From NCBI GenBank assembly GCA_002633005.1, contig NMRA01000475.1, positions 262,938-326,937 of the forward strand: a stretch of DNA of 64,000 nt, in the 5' to 3' direction. Position 1 is the first letter of the stretch, and every line of letters starts with the position of its first letter. The DNA comes from Phoronis australis (Eukaryota; Animalia; Phoronida). The notes beneath the pieces were generated by a model, which did no database searches, was not told the DNA's origin, and was given only the letters and a program-made list of their open reading frames with translations. A program made the position numbers and the translations under genes. Positions 63,927 to 64,000 of the stretch are shown here, piece after piece.

Positions 63927-64000
63927 GGAAGTCGGGATAATATGAGTATCATAATAGTAAGTCTCGATGGTGCGCCTAAAGTTTCAGCAGAAGCAATCAA
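63927..64000 (+). CDS. PPM1A/PPM1B: PPM1A/1B second coding exon (runs off the window end)
   Basis: ttttgtctatttatag|GSRDNMSIIIVSLDGAPKVSAEAI... supplies the conserved GSxDN metal-binding motif in phase 0. It is absent from the ORF track. Confidence 0.95.

Overview
This is AT-rich, repeat-dense animal genomic DNA, not prokaryotic. The gene and transposon types suggest a marine invertebrate, probably a lophotrochozoan (inference). Two host genes can be reconstructed by hand. (1) A complete four-coding-exon gustatory-receptor-like gene (GRL, 7TM ion-channel chemoreceptor family) lies on the minus strand: 15234-14116, 10933-10865, 9881-9792, 8644-8510. It encodes about 470 aa, has three phase-0 introns and a TYFVVLVEF TM7 motif. 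(2) The 5' part of a PPM1A/PPM1B-type PP2C phosphatase lies on the plus strand (60472-61305, 63927->64000), with a CRE/ETS/YY1 housekeeping-type promoter. The rest is mostly transposon debris: TTAA-flanked Kolobok-type elements carrying decayed THAP domains, Helentron-like elements, MITEs with 5-bp or TA target duplications, a hAT transposase relic, a LINE 3' fragment, a probable solo LTR, a tRNA-derived SINE and several tandem repeats. There is an assembly gap at 1977-2312. I found no CRISPR array and no clearly novel multi-gene system. The best leads are the GRL and a Kolobok element whose long inverted arms include the THAP start. All alignments were done by eye, without database searches.
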